A stretch of DNA of 62,098 nt, counting the filler, from Basidiobolus ranarum (Eukaryota): the NCBI GenBank assembly GCA_040143965.1. It is 25 parts of 25 records of this genome, joined end to end, with 100 filler letters (N's around TTAATTAATTAA, not from the genome) between each part and the next. Parts side by side here need not be neighbours in the genome. Positions count along the whole stretch, not along the records: positions 12,484 to 14,878 come from JASJQH010010262.1; positions 14,979 to 17,372 come from JASJQH010010263.1; positions 17,473 to 19,866 come from JASJQH010010264.1; positions 19,967 to 22,358 come from JASJQH010010265.1; positions 22,459 to 24,850 come from JASJQH010010266.1; positions 24,951 to 27,339 come from JASJQH010010267.1; 19 more parts are not named here. One strand, 5' to 3'. Positions 13,135 to 25,342 of the stretch are shown here, piece after piece. Under the pieces are notes generated by a model that saw only the letters and a list, made by a program, of their open reading frames with translations, made no database searches and was not told where the DNA came from. Position numbers and translations under genes: made by a program. Position 1 is the stretch's first letter. Every line of letters begins with the position of its first letter.

Positions 13135-14878
13135 AAGATGGTAACTCCATGCTATTTTGACTTTTGGCAGTGTTACCAAAACTTTGAGACAAAGCACAGC
13201 AGTGTATGCGGTGAGCAAAACTAAAGTTGATTTTGTGCACTTATTCCTGTTGTTACTCACTAGGCTTTGTGCAGTTAGTGGCCTTGTACTGTCATTGTGC
13301 TTATGATTATTTTTTCTACAAAACCTCTGGTTTTCATAGCACAAGAATACGTGAGAACAATAGCAGGGCTTCTTTAAGTGTTGGTGTTGCAGCATGAGAA
13401 AAATATTGTAGAAAAGAGAACATCTCCCCCTAACAGAAATTTGAGGATTGCTATTGTAGGAAAACCATCACAATTTTAATCCATATGGGATTGACTGATT
13501 ACGTACCATCATAAAATCATCAGGTTAGATTTGATTTTAATCAAATTTATCAGTTTCAGGAGTGAAATTACAAGACCTCACAGAATAGTAACACATCATT
13601 GGCTACAATCTCAGCAAAATATGGATCAATGCATGTGCAAAAAATATAACTCAAATTTTACACAATTACCACTTGAATGGTTATTTGTCACCTTTGAAGT
13701 TCCTAGTTTCTTTGATATATTTTCCTGAATATTTTATAGAGTTGTTCATACCCAATGTTTAGTTCATATCCAACACAGGTTTGTATCAATATCTCCATCG
13801 AAGCCCACCACTGTATTAATGTTGCTGAATCAACATTTCTTCCAGCTATCTGGCAGATACCCTGCAATATTGTGCCACTCTGTATTAAGTTCTTCCCAGA
13901 TATCTGCATGGTCAACACCAGACTGAATGTCAAGTTGAATGTTCTTGTTCTGAAGCCACTTTCTGTGTACTTGCACTGCGTTTTGATGATACAAGGGCCA
14001 TAATATTTTAAACTAGTCATTATATCTGGACCTAAATCACAAGTGCTTATAGATAGCTTGGAGTCTTTGGTTGTGGAATTTGAATGGTTATCTAATGGGG
14101 TTCTGATGGGCAAATATTTTTTTAAACCTATACAATTGTGTATATTGCCATCACAGAAATTTGAGGTTTGTTATTGCAGGTAAAGCACCACAGATTCAAT
14201 CCATTTTGGATTAACTATTTACTTACCATCACAAAATTGTCAAGTTAGAGTTGATTTTAATCAATGTTTCAGTTTCAGGAGTGAAATTTCAAGATCTTGC
14301 AACATAGTTGCCCATGATTGGCTACAATCTGAGAGAACTATGGATCAATATTTGTGCAAAGGATGTAACTCACACTTTACACTTTTACCATTTGAATGCT
14401 TATTTGTCATCTTTGAGATCCCTAGTTTCTTTGGTTTATTCTCCCGAATATATTTATAGAGCACTTCATACCCAAAGTATAGCTCATATTTAACACAAGT
14501 TTGTTTCAATATCTTCATCAAAGCCCACCATTGTATAAATATTGCTGAATCAAAATTCTTCCAGCTATCTGGCGGATACCCTGCAATATTATGCCACTTT
14601 GTATTAAGTTCTTCCCAGATATCTGCATGGTCAACACCAGACTGAATGTCAAGTTGAATGTTCTTTTTCTGAAGCCACTTTGTGCATAATTCCACTTCAT
14701 TTTTCCCTTCATACTTTTGAAAATACTCCTCAAGTACTTTTACTACTTTTGCACATCTTTGTAGTGCAACACTACTGAGGATGCTTTGTGGTGTTTGTGT
14801 GGCTTTTTGCTTGCCTTTAACTTTGGGGCTAATTTCAACACTATGAAAAGTACCAGTTGAGGTTGGAGAGCCATGAGT
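13135..14878 (-). mobile_element. Nested fragments of the CACTA/EnSpm-like element (transposase 5' end, two right termini with ORF2 3' end, short inverted transposase piece)
   Basis: 13135-13425 matches 28666-28950. Termini CCCTAACAGAAAT at about 13428 and CCATCACAGAAAT at 14148 lead into the reverse complement of 36590-37284. 14010-14147 reads IISGPKSQVLIDSLESLVVEF on the + strand. Confidence 0.88.
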
Positions 14879-15420
14879 NNNNNNNNNNNNNNNNNNNNNN
14901 NNNNNNNNNNNNNNNNNNNNNNTTAATTAATTAANNNNNNNNNNNNNNNNNNNNNNNNNNNNNNNNNNNNNNNNNNNNCCACCAAAATGTACAAATGCTT
15001 AATTTCTGGTCAATAAATAATTATCTCACAAAGCTATTCACAACTCCACTTTTCTAAAGTTCCTCCAAACAGCCCATATTTTCCCAATATAAAGATGGCT
15101 TCAAAGTGTTTCTTTAGGCTAAAGGAACGGAGCATTATGTGGAGAGTGTTTGAAAATTATCCTTACAATAGTCTCAGCAATCTTTGCACTATCTTTAAAT
15201 CAATGTTTGATTTTTGAGTATAAAGAACAACTTTTATACAACTATATTGCTGGATTTTGACCAACAAAATATACTTACAGTGTGGAATAAAAGATAGTTC
15301 TAAGAGATTCAGTATTGTAATACTCAAACAGTTTCAAACAGAAATACAAGGTTTCAATATGAGCCACTATTATCCTTCTGTTTCAACAAGAAGAATATGT
15401 TGATGTTAAAAGAAGGGAAG

Positions 15421-16940
15421 TGTTAAAAAAGAAATCAATGTGGAAACTGTATGGAAACCTGTTCAGAACAAGTTTTACTGAGCCAAAAAGGAAGATCAGC
15501 AATAGAGATTGTTGAAATTAGGCAAACTGTAACTCATTATTTAGTAGTTAGTGCATTCATATAGTGATTATCCAGCACTTCATTGTACCATACAAAAATG
15601 TGTGTTTATTGCACTAACTGATAGAAATATCAAACAGATCACTTTAACCTATTCTCACTATTTTCTGAAAACTTCTCCATATCAGTTCAAACTTCACCAA
15701 CACTTTACAGGTATGTTTTTTGTGAACAATGCATGTCTAATAGTCCTATTTCATGGTAAACAATAAATAAGACACATTCAATTCAATAAAACTTAAGTGT
15801 CAAAGTTACAAATCCAAATCTTGTCCAAAGCACTTCCAAATCCCCTAAACACTTTTATCAGGTTATGAGTGCCAAGCTAGCTATTAGAGGAATGTCTACA
15901 TGAACTATTCCCAATTGTTTTGCATCCACAGAGATGTTTAATGGCAGAGACTTTCACCTTTGGAAGGTCAAGATGCAAATGGTGCTAGAAGACAAGGACC
16001 TTTAAGGATTTTTTGAAGCAGAAGAGATAGAGCCAATGGGACCATCAGAAGCAATCCTTGCCTTTTATAAGAAGCAGAGGAAAGCACTCTCTGCACTTTG
16101 TCTACATCACAGAAACTCTTGATTGGGGCTTATACGTGCAGACAAAAATGTCTGAACTGCTTGGGAAACACTTGATGGACTATATGAGACTAAAATTCTG
16201 GCTAATATGCTATATCTCAGATGAAAATTATTCTCAATTCTTAGGAATTCTGATGCTCTAATGGCTAATCTTTTAAATTTGATAAGAACTAAGGCAGATC
16301 AGCTGTCATCAACTGTAGCACCTCTTGACAAAGATAACTTAGTCATGACATGACTTGGCAGCTTTGCCAGATGAGTATGGGAATCTCATAATTGCCTCAG
16401 AATTTAGATCAGACCAATTAATAATGGTATATGTTGATTCCTGACTTTTAAATGAGGAACCAATGAGCTCTAATTCTCAGCAAAATAATGCAGATCAGGC
16501 ATGTTTTGGAGCTGTAAGACATCCAACAGGCTTCAATAATAGTGCCCCAAGTAGGAAATCAATTATCTGCAAGTGTTGCTAGACAGCAGGCCATTTAATC
16601 AAAGATTGTAGAGAAAATATTTTGCAAAAAAGCTAAAATTGGAAGAATCATATCAAGTAAGGGCTGAGAGGGCCCTTTGATCTGTTGTTGCCCTATCAGC
16701 AACCACCAAAAAAGGCCTAGTAACATGGTACACTGATTCAGGAGCTTCTCACCATATGTCAAACAAGAAAGATTGGCTTTCCAGCTTAAAACTCATCCCA
16801 ACAAGGAAAGTCTACTAAGGTAATGACTATGCACTAGATGCAGTTGGTAAGGGCTCAGTTCTGCTCAGTATTTGATCAAAATTAGGTTTCACCATCTGCA
16901 ACATTGCATGATATACTCTATAAACCAAATATAGCCAAGA
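15421..16940 (+). mobile_element. Ty1/copia 5' part: LTR D (15421-15860), PBS, decayed gag-protease
   Basis: TGTTAA...TTATCA followed by GGTTATGAG PBS, then FNGRDFHLWKVKMQMVLE, CKCC..GH..C and WYTDSGASHHM. Confidence 0.88.
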
Positions 16941-16944
16941 GTCT

Positions 16945-17372
16945 TGTCATGATTCTGATCTTGGCATACAGATCCACTGCAAATAGAACTCCCCTATTAT
17001 TAGTTTATGACATCATATCGGCTGTGCCATCTCTTCTTGGCAATCTTGTGTTAGTTTGTCCAGATTACCTTATATGGAAGTCATGTTCTTTTGAACATTC
17101 CATGAAACCTAACCAATCATGTCATCCCACACATGGTGTATTTCTGCCAAGACCTTCCATGGAAGGTCACCTGATCATCCTTACATCATCCCTCTTTGTA
17201 TTGGTCCTTGTAGCCCCCAACACCCCAACTCTTGAACTTGCCACAGTATATTCCCTATTAAGTATATTATGTTTCACCTTGCAATATCTATATAAGCCCC
17301 ATGTATTCCTTGATCAGACCTCAGTCTGATCAATGCCAGTTATCAATAAAGATTCTTGCCAAAGTATCTTCC
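16945..17372 (+). mobile_element. Unrelated LTR-like insertion (possibly Ty3/gypsy)
   Basis: Starts TGTCATGAT where copia homology stops and contains TATATAA then AATAAA in U3-R order. Confidence 0.5.
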
Positions 17373-17472
17373 NNNNNNNNNNNNNNNNNNNNNNNNNNNN
17401 NNNNNNNNNNNNNNNNTTAATTAATTAANNNNNNNNNNNNNNNNNNNNNNNNNNNNNNNNNNNNNNNNNNNN

Positions 17473-19866
17473 CACAGGATGCAGAGGAAAGCACTCTCTG
17501 CACTTTGTCCACATCTCACAGACTTTCAATTGAGGCACCTATAATCAGCCAAAAACATCTAAAATGCTTGGAGAAAACTTGAAGGACTATATGGGACTAA
17601 AGGTCTGGCCAATAGGCTATATCTTAGGCAAAAGTTATTCTCAACTTATATGAATTTTGATGATTCCATGCTTAATCATATAAGTTGGATAAAAACTATG
17701 GCAGATCAGCTCTCATCTATTGGAGCACCTCAAAATGAGGATGACCTAGTCATGACACTACTTGGTAGCCTACCAGACAAGCTTGGGAACCTCATAAATG
17801 CCCTAGAATTAAGATTGCAGCCATTAACAATGGATTACATTGGTGCTAGGCTTTTGAATGAAGAATTAAGGAGATCTAATTCTCCACAAAAAAATGCAGA
17901 AGAGGGATTTTTTGGAGCTGTAAAATATGCAATAGTCTTCAACAATGGTGCCCCTAATAGGAAATTAATCATCTGCAAGTATTGCAAGAAACTAGGCCAT
18001 TTAATAATAGAATAAACAAAAAAGATTCTTGCCACAATGCAAAAATCAGAACAAGTATATCAAGCAAGCACTGCTAGGGATCATCTATTTGTGTCTTCCC
18101 TATCTGTAAACACCAAAGAAGTCCCAGAAATGTGGTACATTGATTCAGGAGCTTCCCATCACATGTCAAACAAAAAAGATTGGTTTTCAAATTTAAAACC
18201 CATCTAAACAAGGAAAGTCTACTTAGGTGATGACTGTGCACTAGACGCAGTTGGTATGGCCACAGTCATGCTCAATTTGGATCAAAATTCACCCACACCA
18301 TCTGCATAACTGGATGATATACTCTATATATCAAATGTAGCCAAAAATCTACTCTCAGTAAGCCAAGCAATAACTCAAGTATTGAATTTTATATTCAGCA
18401 AGGCTGGATACCCTATCATGGATCAGAATAATATTAAATTAGCTACTGGGATCAAATCTCAAAACCTATACATGCTGGAAATCAACAAATTGCATTCTGA
18501 GCATGCAAACTTGGCCTTAACCAGTAAAATGTGGTGTCAAACTTAGTGTAGAAGATTAGGTCACACTGGGGAACAATAACTGACTCAAAAGATCTGAAAT
18601 CAGCTTGTTTCAGGCTTAGAAATTGAAAATATCACTTAATCTGATCTGTGTGCAGGTTGCATATACAGAAAAAATCAGCAAGAGCCGTTTTCAAGCTCTG
18701 AGGAGATCAAATCCTCTCTGAATTCTGCCTGGATTCATTCTGACCTATGTAGCCTGACAAACAGTGTCTCACCAGGTGGGAAAAGGTACTCTATGACCTA
18801 ATGTTGACAAAATAAGATGTATATGGCTATTCTTTCATCAATCAAAAGCTAAAGACTTAGCTACATTCAAGCACTACTAACCAGTGTTTGAGAGAGAATC
18901 AGCACAAAAAACAAGGGTACTGATGAGTGATAATTGTGGAGAATACTGTTCTAAAGGCTGTGCTAGTTTTTGTTCCTAACATGGAATTAGGCAACAAAAT
19001 ACTGTACCTTATACTCCACAGCAAAATGGAGTTGCTGAATGTGCTAATAGAACCATAGTGGAGATGGCAAGATCATTGTTTCATGATCAAAAGTTAGAAT
19101 ACCAATATTGGGCTGAATCTGTCTCCACTGAAGTCTATATCAACAACAGCTGCACAACAAGATTGTTACAATATCTTACTCCATTTGAAGCCCTGTATGG
19201 ATCAAAACCAAGAGGGGATCATGTCAGGATCTTTGGTTGCACAGCATATTGACTAATTTCCCTTCAAAAATTATCTATATTGCAACCCAAGAGCAGAAAA
19301 TCCATATTTGTTGATTACTGCAATGGATCTAAGGCCTACAGACTCTGATACCAAAAACCAGACAAAAATCAAGTGCAGAGATGTAATTTTTGATGAATAA
19401 GCAGAATTTTCACCCCAGATCAAAGTTCTTGATCAAGAAAATACAATCAGAACTATTCAGGAAGTGTTTGACATAAAGCCAGCTGTATCTGAGCCCTATT
19501 CAACCAAAATTCCAGTCCTAATTACATCAGATGATGATTCAAGGCCTGGAAGATCCTCCAGAAGAAGAAATAGGCCAGGGAACTGGTGGAGCACATCCAG
19601 TGATGATGTATATGCTTATGCAGCATTCTGTCATGAGCAATGGACTCTAGATCAAGCTCTGGAGTGTCCAGAATCAAATATATAGCAAAAAGTATTGTCT
19701 GATGAGTTTTTTTTACTGCAGGACAATACAATGTGGGTTTTAAGTCCTCTTCCACCAGGGAGAAAGCCAATAGGTTGCAAATAGGTCTACAAAGTCAAAA
19801 ACCAAGCTGATGGAACCATAGAAAGGTACAAAGCAAGGTTAGTTGCAAAAGGCTATTCCCAGACTC
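17473..19866 (+). mobile_element. Ty1/copia gag-PR-INT-RT pseudogene
   Basis: CKYCKKLGH, WYIDSGASHHM, PYTPQQNGVAECANRTIVEMARS and ERYKARLVAKGYSQ occur in copia order. Confidence 0.95.
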
Positions 19867-20321
19867 NNNNNNNNNNNNNNNNNNNNNNNNNNNNNNNNNN
19901 NNNNNNNNNNTTAATTAATTAANNNNNNNNNNNNNNNNNNNNNNNNNNNNNNNNNNNNNNNNNNNNGAAAACGCTGATTTCTCGCATCAAGCTATGGTAA
20001 GCAAGATTCGTTCAACATTTGAAATGATAGGGTGTGCAATTGTAAGGTACTTGGCTCTATAATACTCTTTTAATAAAAACCCGGCTTCATGAATTTTGAA
20101 TACTACGTGTTTAAAAGCCTGCCAGAAGGCTGTTAGTCTTACTTCCTAATAGCTTCCAGTATCATAGAGTTTGCTAGATGGTTCACTTCTTTACAGACAA
20201 TATATTAGTAATCTTTGTTCTCATACTGAATTATTATTTTGAAATCAGCCATTCGCATTCCCAACAGTGAAGTGTATAGAAACAATTGTTGAGATTTCTG
20301 GATTTATTCTTGAGTTACAAG

Positions 20322-20670
20322 TGTTAAAGTATTTGGGAGCCTGTTGGAAGTGGTTTGGAGAATTAGAGAAATTGGTGGTTTTCACTTATTGATTTATTGA
20401 GTAGAAAGTTGACATTTACACTTTTGTCAGGATGTAAACAAACTAACGTGTAGAAAGTGTTAAAAAAGGTTCTAGAAACATGTGCGCAAAGTTTGGGGCT
20501 TCTAGTACAGGTTTGAAAAAATCCATATATCTGAGAACTTATAAGATGGTAAAAATATTCCAAGTAAATTCCTCTTGAGAATAATGGGTAATATCTTTGT
20601 GAAATATAAGATAACTAAATACTAAGCTATATATGGCTATATAGGTGTTTAGGCAATGCTAATTTCAACA
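20322..20670 (-). mobile_element. Complete solo LTR, family B (349 bp), with 5-bp TSD ACAAG
   Basis: TGTTAAAG...TTTCAACA flanked by ACAAG at 20317-20321 and 20671-20675. Strand taken from the PBS-linked copy at 7274. Confidence 0.93.
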
Positions 20671-22115
20671 ACAAGATGGGTGCACAATCTATGACAAGAA
20701 TTTTGGAATTGTGGCAGGTGCTTGACAGAATGTAGTCACTTCACTTTTTCCAGATGTTCATTAGTTAAGCAGAAATACAGTATGTATATATCGCAAGATT
20801 ATCTCGAAAAGCAACAGATGAGATTGTGGCAGAAAATCTATGATGTTCTATTCTAACATCTCCACAGTTGTTTGACTATTCTTTCTTAGTTGTCTATGCA
20901 ACCTCTCTCAAAGTGGCTAGATATGCTAGGACTGAAGAGAAATAAATGTTACAAAGTTACATGATTCCAGTCCGTACCTAATTCCTGATATGAAAATCAC
21001 CATCAGGCATATTTGTGTCGAGATATATGCTGACTTTGAATTTGGTGCTATATGGGTGACGTAAAGGAATTGACAACATATAACTGATTTATGAGCTCAA
21101 ACGCAAGGTTATGAAGAATCCATTCAATGTACACACATCCCTCAAAACGTAGCAGCCAAACAATGTTTGCGAATTCTCATTTCGCATCGTGATCTCCAAC
21201 ATGTTTACCATTAAATTCTAAGCTACTTCGGCAGTGGTAAGTCGCTTAGTGATACTTCATGTTTACAATCTGCCAGCCTAGACCATGCACGTGTACTTGT
21301 TGAATGTGTAACGGCTTAGTAATAAAGGACAGGGTGCCTGAGAGTAAATACAATGGAGTAAATGGTCTCTTCTGAAGTGGGTAATACACCAGGTTTGCTA
21401 GTAAGAATTCTCTTTAGAAACATCACTTCTTTGGGGACCATGTTGTATGAAATATACCAGTCAGATACACTGCTCGGTGTGCATATAGTCATGGGAATTT
21501 TACGATATCAAATAGTGACAAATGTGAAGAGACTACTGCGATGTCAATGCGTCAACGCCCTGCGCTTTGGTAAATAGTTGACCACTTTAGGGAAAATACT
21601 CTTCCTTTTAGTTACATTCAGTGTGCATACTTTCCACCCAATTTGAGTTAAACCGATGCAAAGGTAGTGGCCAACTCTGGTGTCCTCCGATGAATATTAA
21701 AGGCAATGTCGGATTTCTGCTTATGAGTTAATAAGGGATTACAGATGCCAAGCGCTAACTGTATTGAGGAGCATCTTTGTGTTTCATACGCAATTTATTA
21801 GGAATAAAACGATATCATGATTCTACTTTAAGTAAGATTTTGCTGCTTTCACAATTAATGTGCTTGCAGATCCATTTACAAAACCAGCAATCCCATGATT
21901 CCCAACCTTAATTTCCGATCGTGATTTGCATTGGTTGAATATTTGTTTCACAAATTGATCACTGACGAATGGCGAACCCAGCTTCGAAGTTTCTTATTGT
22001 TTCTTTATACTACACCGATGTTAGTTAAAACTAGGGTTAAATAACCAAGGGTAATAAATCCGATTTAATCTTAGCTGTAGGTAGGTGCACCCCAGTTTCC
22101 TTTTCTACCACAAAT

Positions 22116-22358
22116 ATGTATCCACCGCATTCAGGAAACCAATATCATCCAAATACTGATCCTTCGGGCTATCCTCAGCAGACCAATCCTGGATACCCAC
22201 CTGAGCAGAGGGGTTACCCTCCTCAGCACAACAATGGTTATCCTCCTCAACAGAGCGCGGGTTATCCCCCTCAACATAACTCTGGTTATCCTCCTCAACA
22301 CAAGGCAGGCTATCCACCTCAACACCATGCAGGTTATCCTCCTCCACCCAATGCAGCT
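22116..22358 (+). CDS. 5' end of a protein with a GYPPQ-repeat low-complexity N-terminus (cut by contig end)
   Basis: Open from ATG to contig end with about 8 GYPPQxxx units whose codons vary synonymously. Confidence 0.7.
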
Positions 22359-22458
22359 NNNNNNNNNNNNNNNNNNNNNNNNNNNNNNNNNNNNNNNNNN
22401 NNTTAATTAATTAANNNNNNNNNNNNNNNNNNNNNNNNNNNNNNNNNNNNNNNNNNNN

Positions 22459-23399
22459 TTCTTCAGAGATTGTCAATACGTCGTATTATTTTAAAATCTC
22501 GCGGTGTACGAAAGCCACATTGGCATGTTAATGGTAACGAACTTGCCTATTGCTTGCGCGGCCAAGTACTTGTTACTATGTTCGAGAACGATAGTTCATT
22601 CAGCAGCTTCACAGTGAACGCCGGGCAGATATTTTATGTACCATCAGGAGCATTGCATCACCTGGAAAATATTGGAACTGAGGAGGTGGAGTTCATTGTT
22701 GCCTTTACTCACGAGAGACCAGAGGATTTTGGTATATCTGGTTCATTCGGGGCCATGACAGATGCAGTACTTGGTAACACTTATGATCTACCTGCAAAAG
22801 CGTTTGAGCCACTTAACCGAACAACGCATGCCACTGTGATTGGTCGTCAAGAGTCAGTTTCATCAATTCCCACTGGAGCACGATGGGGTAATCCTCATAA
22901 ATTCGATATAGAAGCTATGTCAGCGCCAATTTCATCACTTGCAGGGTCAGCCAGGACAGCGTGTAAGAAGTTCTGGCCTATCTTGGATGATATATCGATG
23001 TATTCATTGCAAGTCACTGATGAAGGTATGCGTGAACCTCATTGGCATCCAACCACAGTCGAGATGGGTTACATAGCGAAGGGAAATGCGCGGATGACAG
23101 TTATGAACCCTGGAGGAAGTTTGGTCACCTATTTGCTCAAGCCTGGAGATGTTTATTTTATTCCTCGTGCATACCTACACCATATTGAAAATCTTGGTGA
23201 TCAGTACATCCACTTTCTTATCTTCTTCGACCAGAACACTCCTGGTGACATTGGGTTTAAAGCGTTTATTAGTGGGTATTCACGTGAAACGTTGGCTGCT
23301 GCGTTTGGCACCAATGTTGAGAATTTACCAGAGTTTCCATTCACTCCCATCGATCCATTGTTGGTTGAGAGAGTTAATCCTGTTGACCCAATCGAATAG
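22459..23399 (+). CDS. Bicupin, oxalate decarboxylase (OxdC)-like; 5'-truncated
   Basis: Two cupin domains, each with HWH-x3-E...H (PHWHVNGNE..LHHLEN and REPHWHPTTVE..LHHIEN). No introns in the visible part. Confidence 0.88.
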
Positions 23400-23727
23400 T
23401 TAACTTTCTTAGACTTTGTGACCCATTCATAATATTCCTCATTCATCCTTCTTTTCGTGATTAACTTTTGCCATATCAGATAAGAATCTATATAGTGCAT
23501 CAATGTTCTGCAATAAATAGTTTGTCAAAATATTTTACTAACTTAAGCTTGTACCAAGTGATTTTAAGGTCGAATTATTACAAAGCATTAATTAGACTTT
23601 TACTGGAATTAATGTTGTGAATACTATTCGAACTCTACTGTTAATCTAGCAATAATGGCAGTTTGCGGCTGATATGCTTATACTATGTTGTATGTCGATT
23701 TCTGATTTCTCAGCCTTTATAAAGCAA

Positions 23728-23800
23728 GGCTCTGTAGCTCAGTGGATAGAGCGTCCGCCTCCTAAGCGGAAAGTCCCGGGCTCGACCCCCGGTTGGGTTG
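23728..23800 (+). tRNA. tRNA-Arg(CCT), possibly degenerate
   Basis: D arm GCTC/GAGC, anticodon stem TCCGC/GCGGA with loop CT-CCT-AA, T stem CCGGG/CCCGG and T-runs downstream. The acceptor stem is weak and the T loop is CTCGACC. Confidence 0.72.
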
Positions 23801-24503
23801 TTTCTTTATACAATTTTTCTTGGGTGTCACTAACATTGATGTACCAGATTATGTGCGCAAACGAAATATCCTCTATAAGAGGGATATTTTTAGCATAGAG
23901 TATTCAGCAATAATTCTCCTCAAACTTAGAGTAATGACGAGTACAATAGATACCTATGGTCGTAGTAATCTCGTGGATATATAGTGTTACTAATTGTTGT
24001 AAAGCATAACCTCGATAGTCTTGAAATGGCCGAGCAGAGTATGATATTCAAAATTGGACAGAGATTGATAGTAAGTGGAGGCATGCAATATGGATGCTCA
24101 TTATGAGGAGAGTCCAACCATACAAATGAACTGCTATGAAATGCACCATGAGGCTATATTTGTAATGGTGAACTTTACAGATCATAATGGTGCTCATGCC
24201 ATACATTTCTCCATTAGGAGTGTACAAAGGTAGTGTGAGGGAGAAAATAGAACAAAGCATTTTCAAGACATTTAAGCACAAAGAAGTTCTGATTTTGTTT
24301 ACCATTGACTTTTATCTCCAAAATTGGCTTCTGAGTGCTGTGTGGTGGGTAAATACCTCTTGAATCCCATGCTTGAAGTATGGAAACAATTGCTGCTACA
24401 TAACTATAGTGCTCTATTGGTCTTGTAGAAAATGGGGCTTCTAGGTTAGTCTTCAGATACTGGAGTTATTTGACCAATTAAATGTTCTTTTGTCCCAAAT
24501 ACT

Positions 24504-24850
24504 GTTGAGTTGATTTGGGAGCTATTGAAAGTATCGTAGAGAAGTAGAAGAATTGGTAGTATTCACTTTGTTATGTATTAAGTGGAAAGTTGACATTTAT
24601 TGTTTTGTCAAGGGGTATGCAGATAAACATGTAGAATGTGTGAAAAGTTAAGGGCCGCTAGAATAAGTTTAGGAAATCTATATATCTGAGAACTTCTAAG
24701 TTGGCAAGAATATTCTGTACATTCAGTTGAGAATAGTATGTTATATCTAGAAAGATATGGAATAGCTATCTACTAAGCCATATATGACTTCATAGATGCT
24801 TTACTGTTGAAATTAACATTGCCTAAGCAACTATATATTTATATATAGCT
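24504..24850 (-). mobile_element. Diverged LTR family B copy plus start of an inverted copy
   Basis: Colinear similarity to 20322-20670. Confidence 0.75.
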
Positions 24851-24950
24851 NNNNNNNNNNNNNNNNNNNNNNNNNNNNNNNNNNNNNNNNNNNNTTAATT
24901 AATTAANNNNNNNNNNNNNNNNNNNNNNNNNNNNNNNNNNNNNNNNNNNN

Positions 24951-25340
24951 ACATGGTGTACATTGTTAAGATGTCTCATGAATAGGCCCACACTAGCCCT
25001 ATTGACATTTGCTTGCAAAAACCCAGGATAAGCAGCATGAAATAAGTCAAGAAGCTTCAGAGTAACACCTTGTTTTTGGTTTTTCCGCAATTGGCTCAAA
25101 TCTAGGTGACTTTGGCAAGGATTCCGCATAGTTTCCAAATTGTTAAATCATGCATCATCAGAGCAAGTGATGGCAGCTCTTACATTCAGAGTCTTTTGTT
25201 AAGCCAGCTTTCCCATGAGATTTCTACTTTCAGGTGCTTAAGCAATTTCAGGTTGTTGTGTAGGCTGAAATATCCAATGTATATTCTGCTCTGCTAGATT
25301 GTCATATTGACATTGACATGTATGGTGTGGGATTGATTAT
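24951..25340 (-). mobile_element. CACTA-like element ORF2 fragment
   Basis: LDLSQLRKNQKQGVTLKLLDLFHAAYP matches 36018..36308. Confidence 0.85.
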
Positions 25341-25342
25341 AT

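Noticed and set aside
24040-24500. Decayed minus-strand reading frame in CpG-poor DNA (similar cases at 48870-49590 and 59100-59620)
   Set aside because: Multiple stops and no recognisable motif. Probably old TE or pseudogene, but not assignable.
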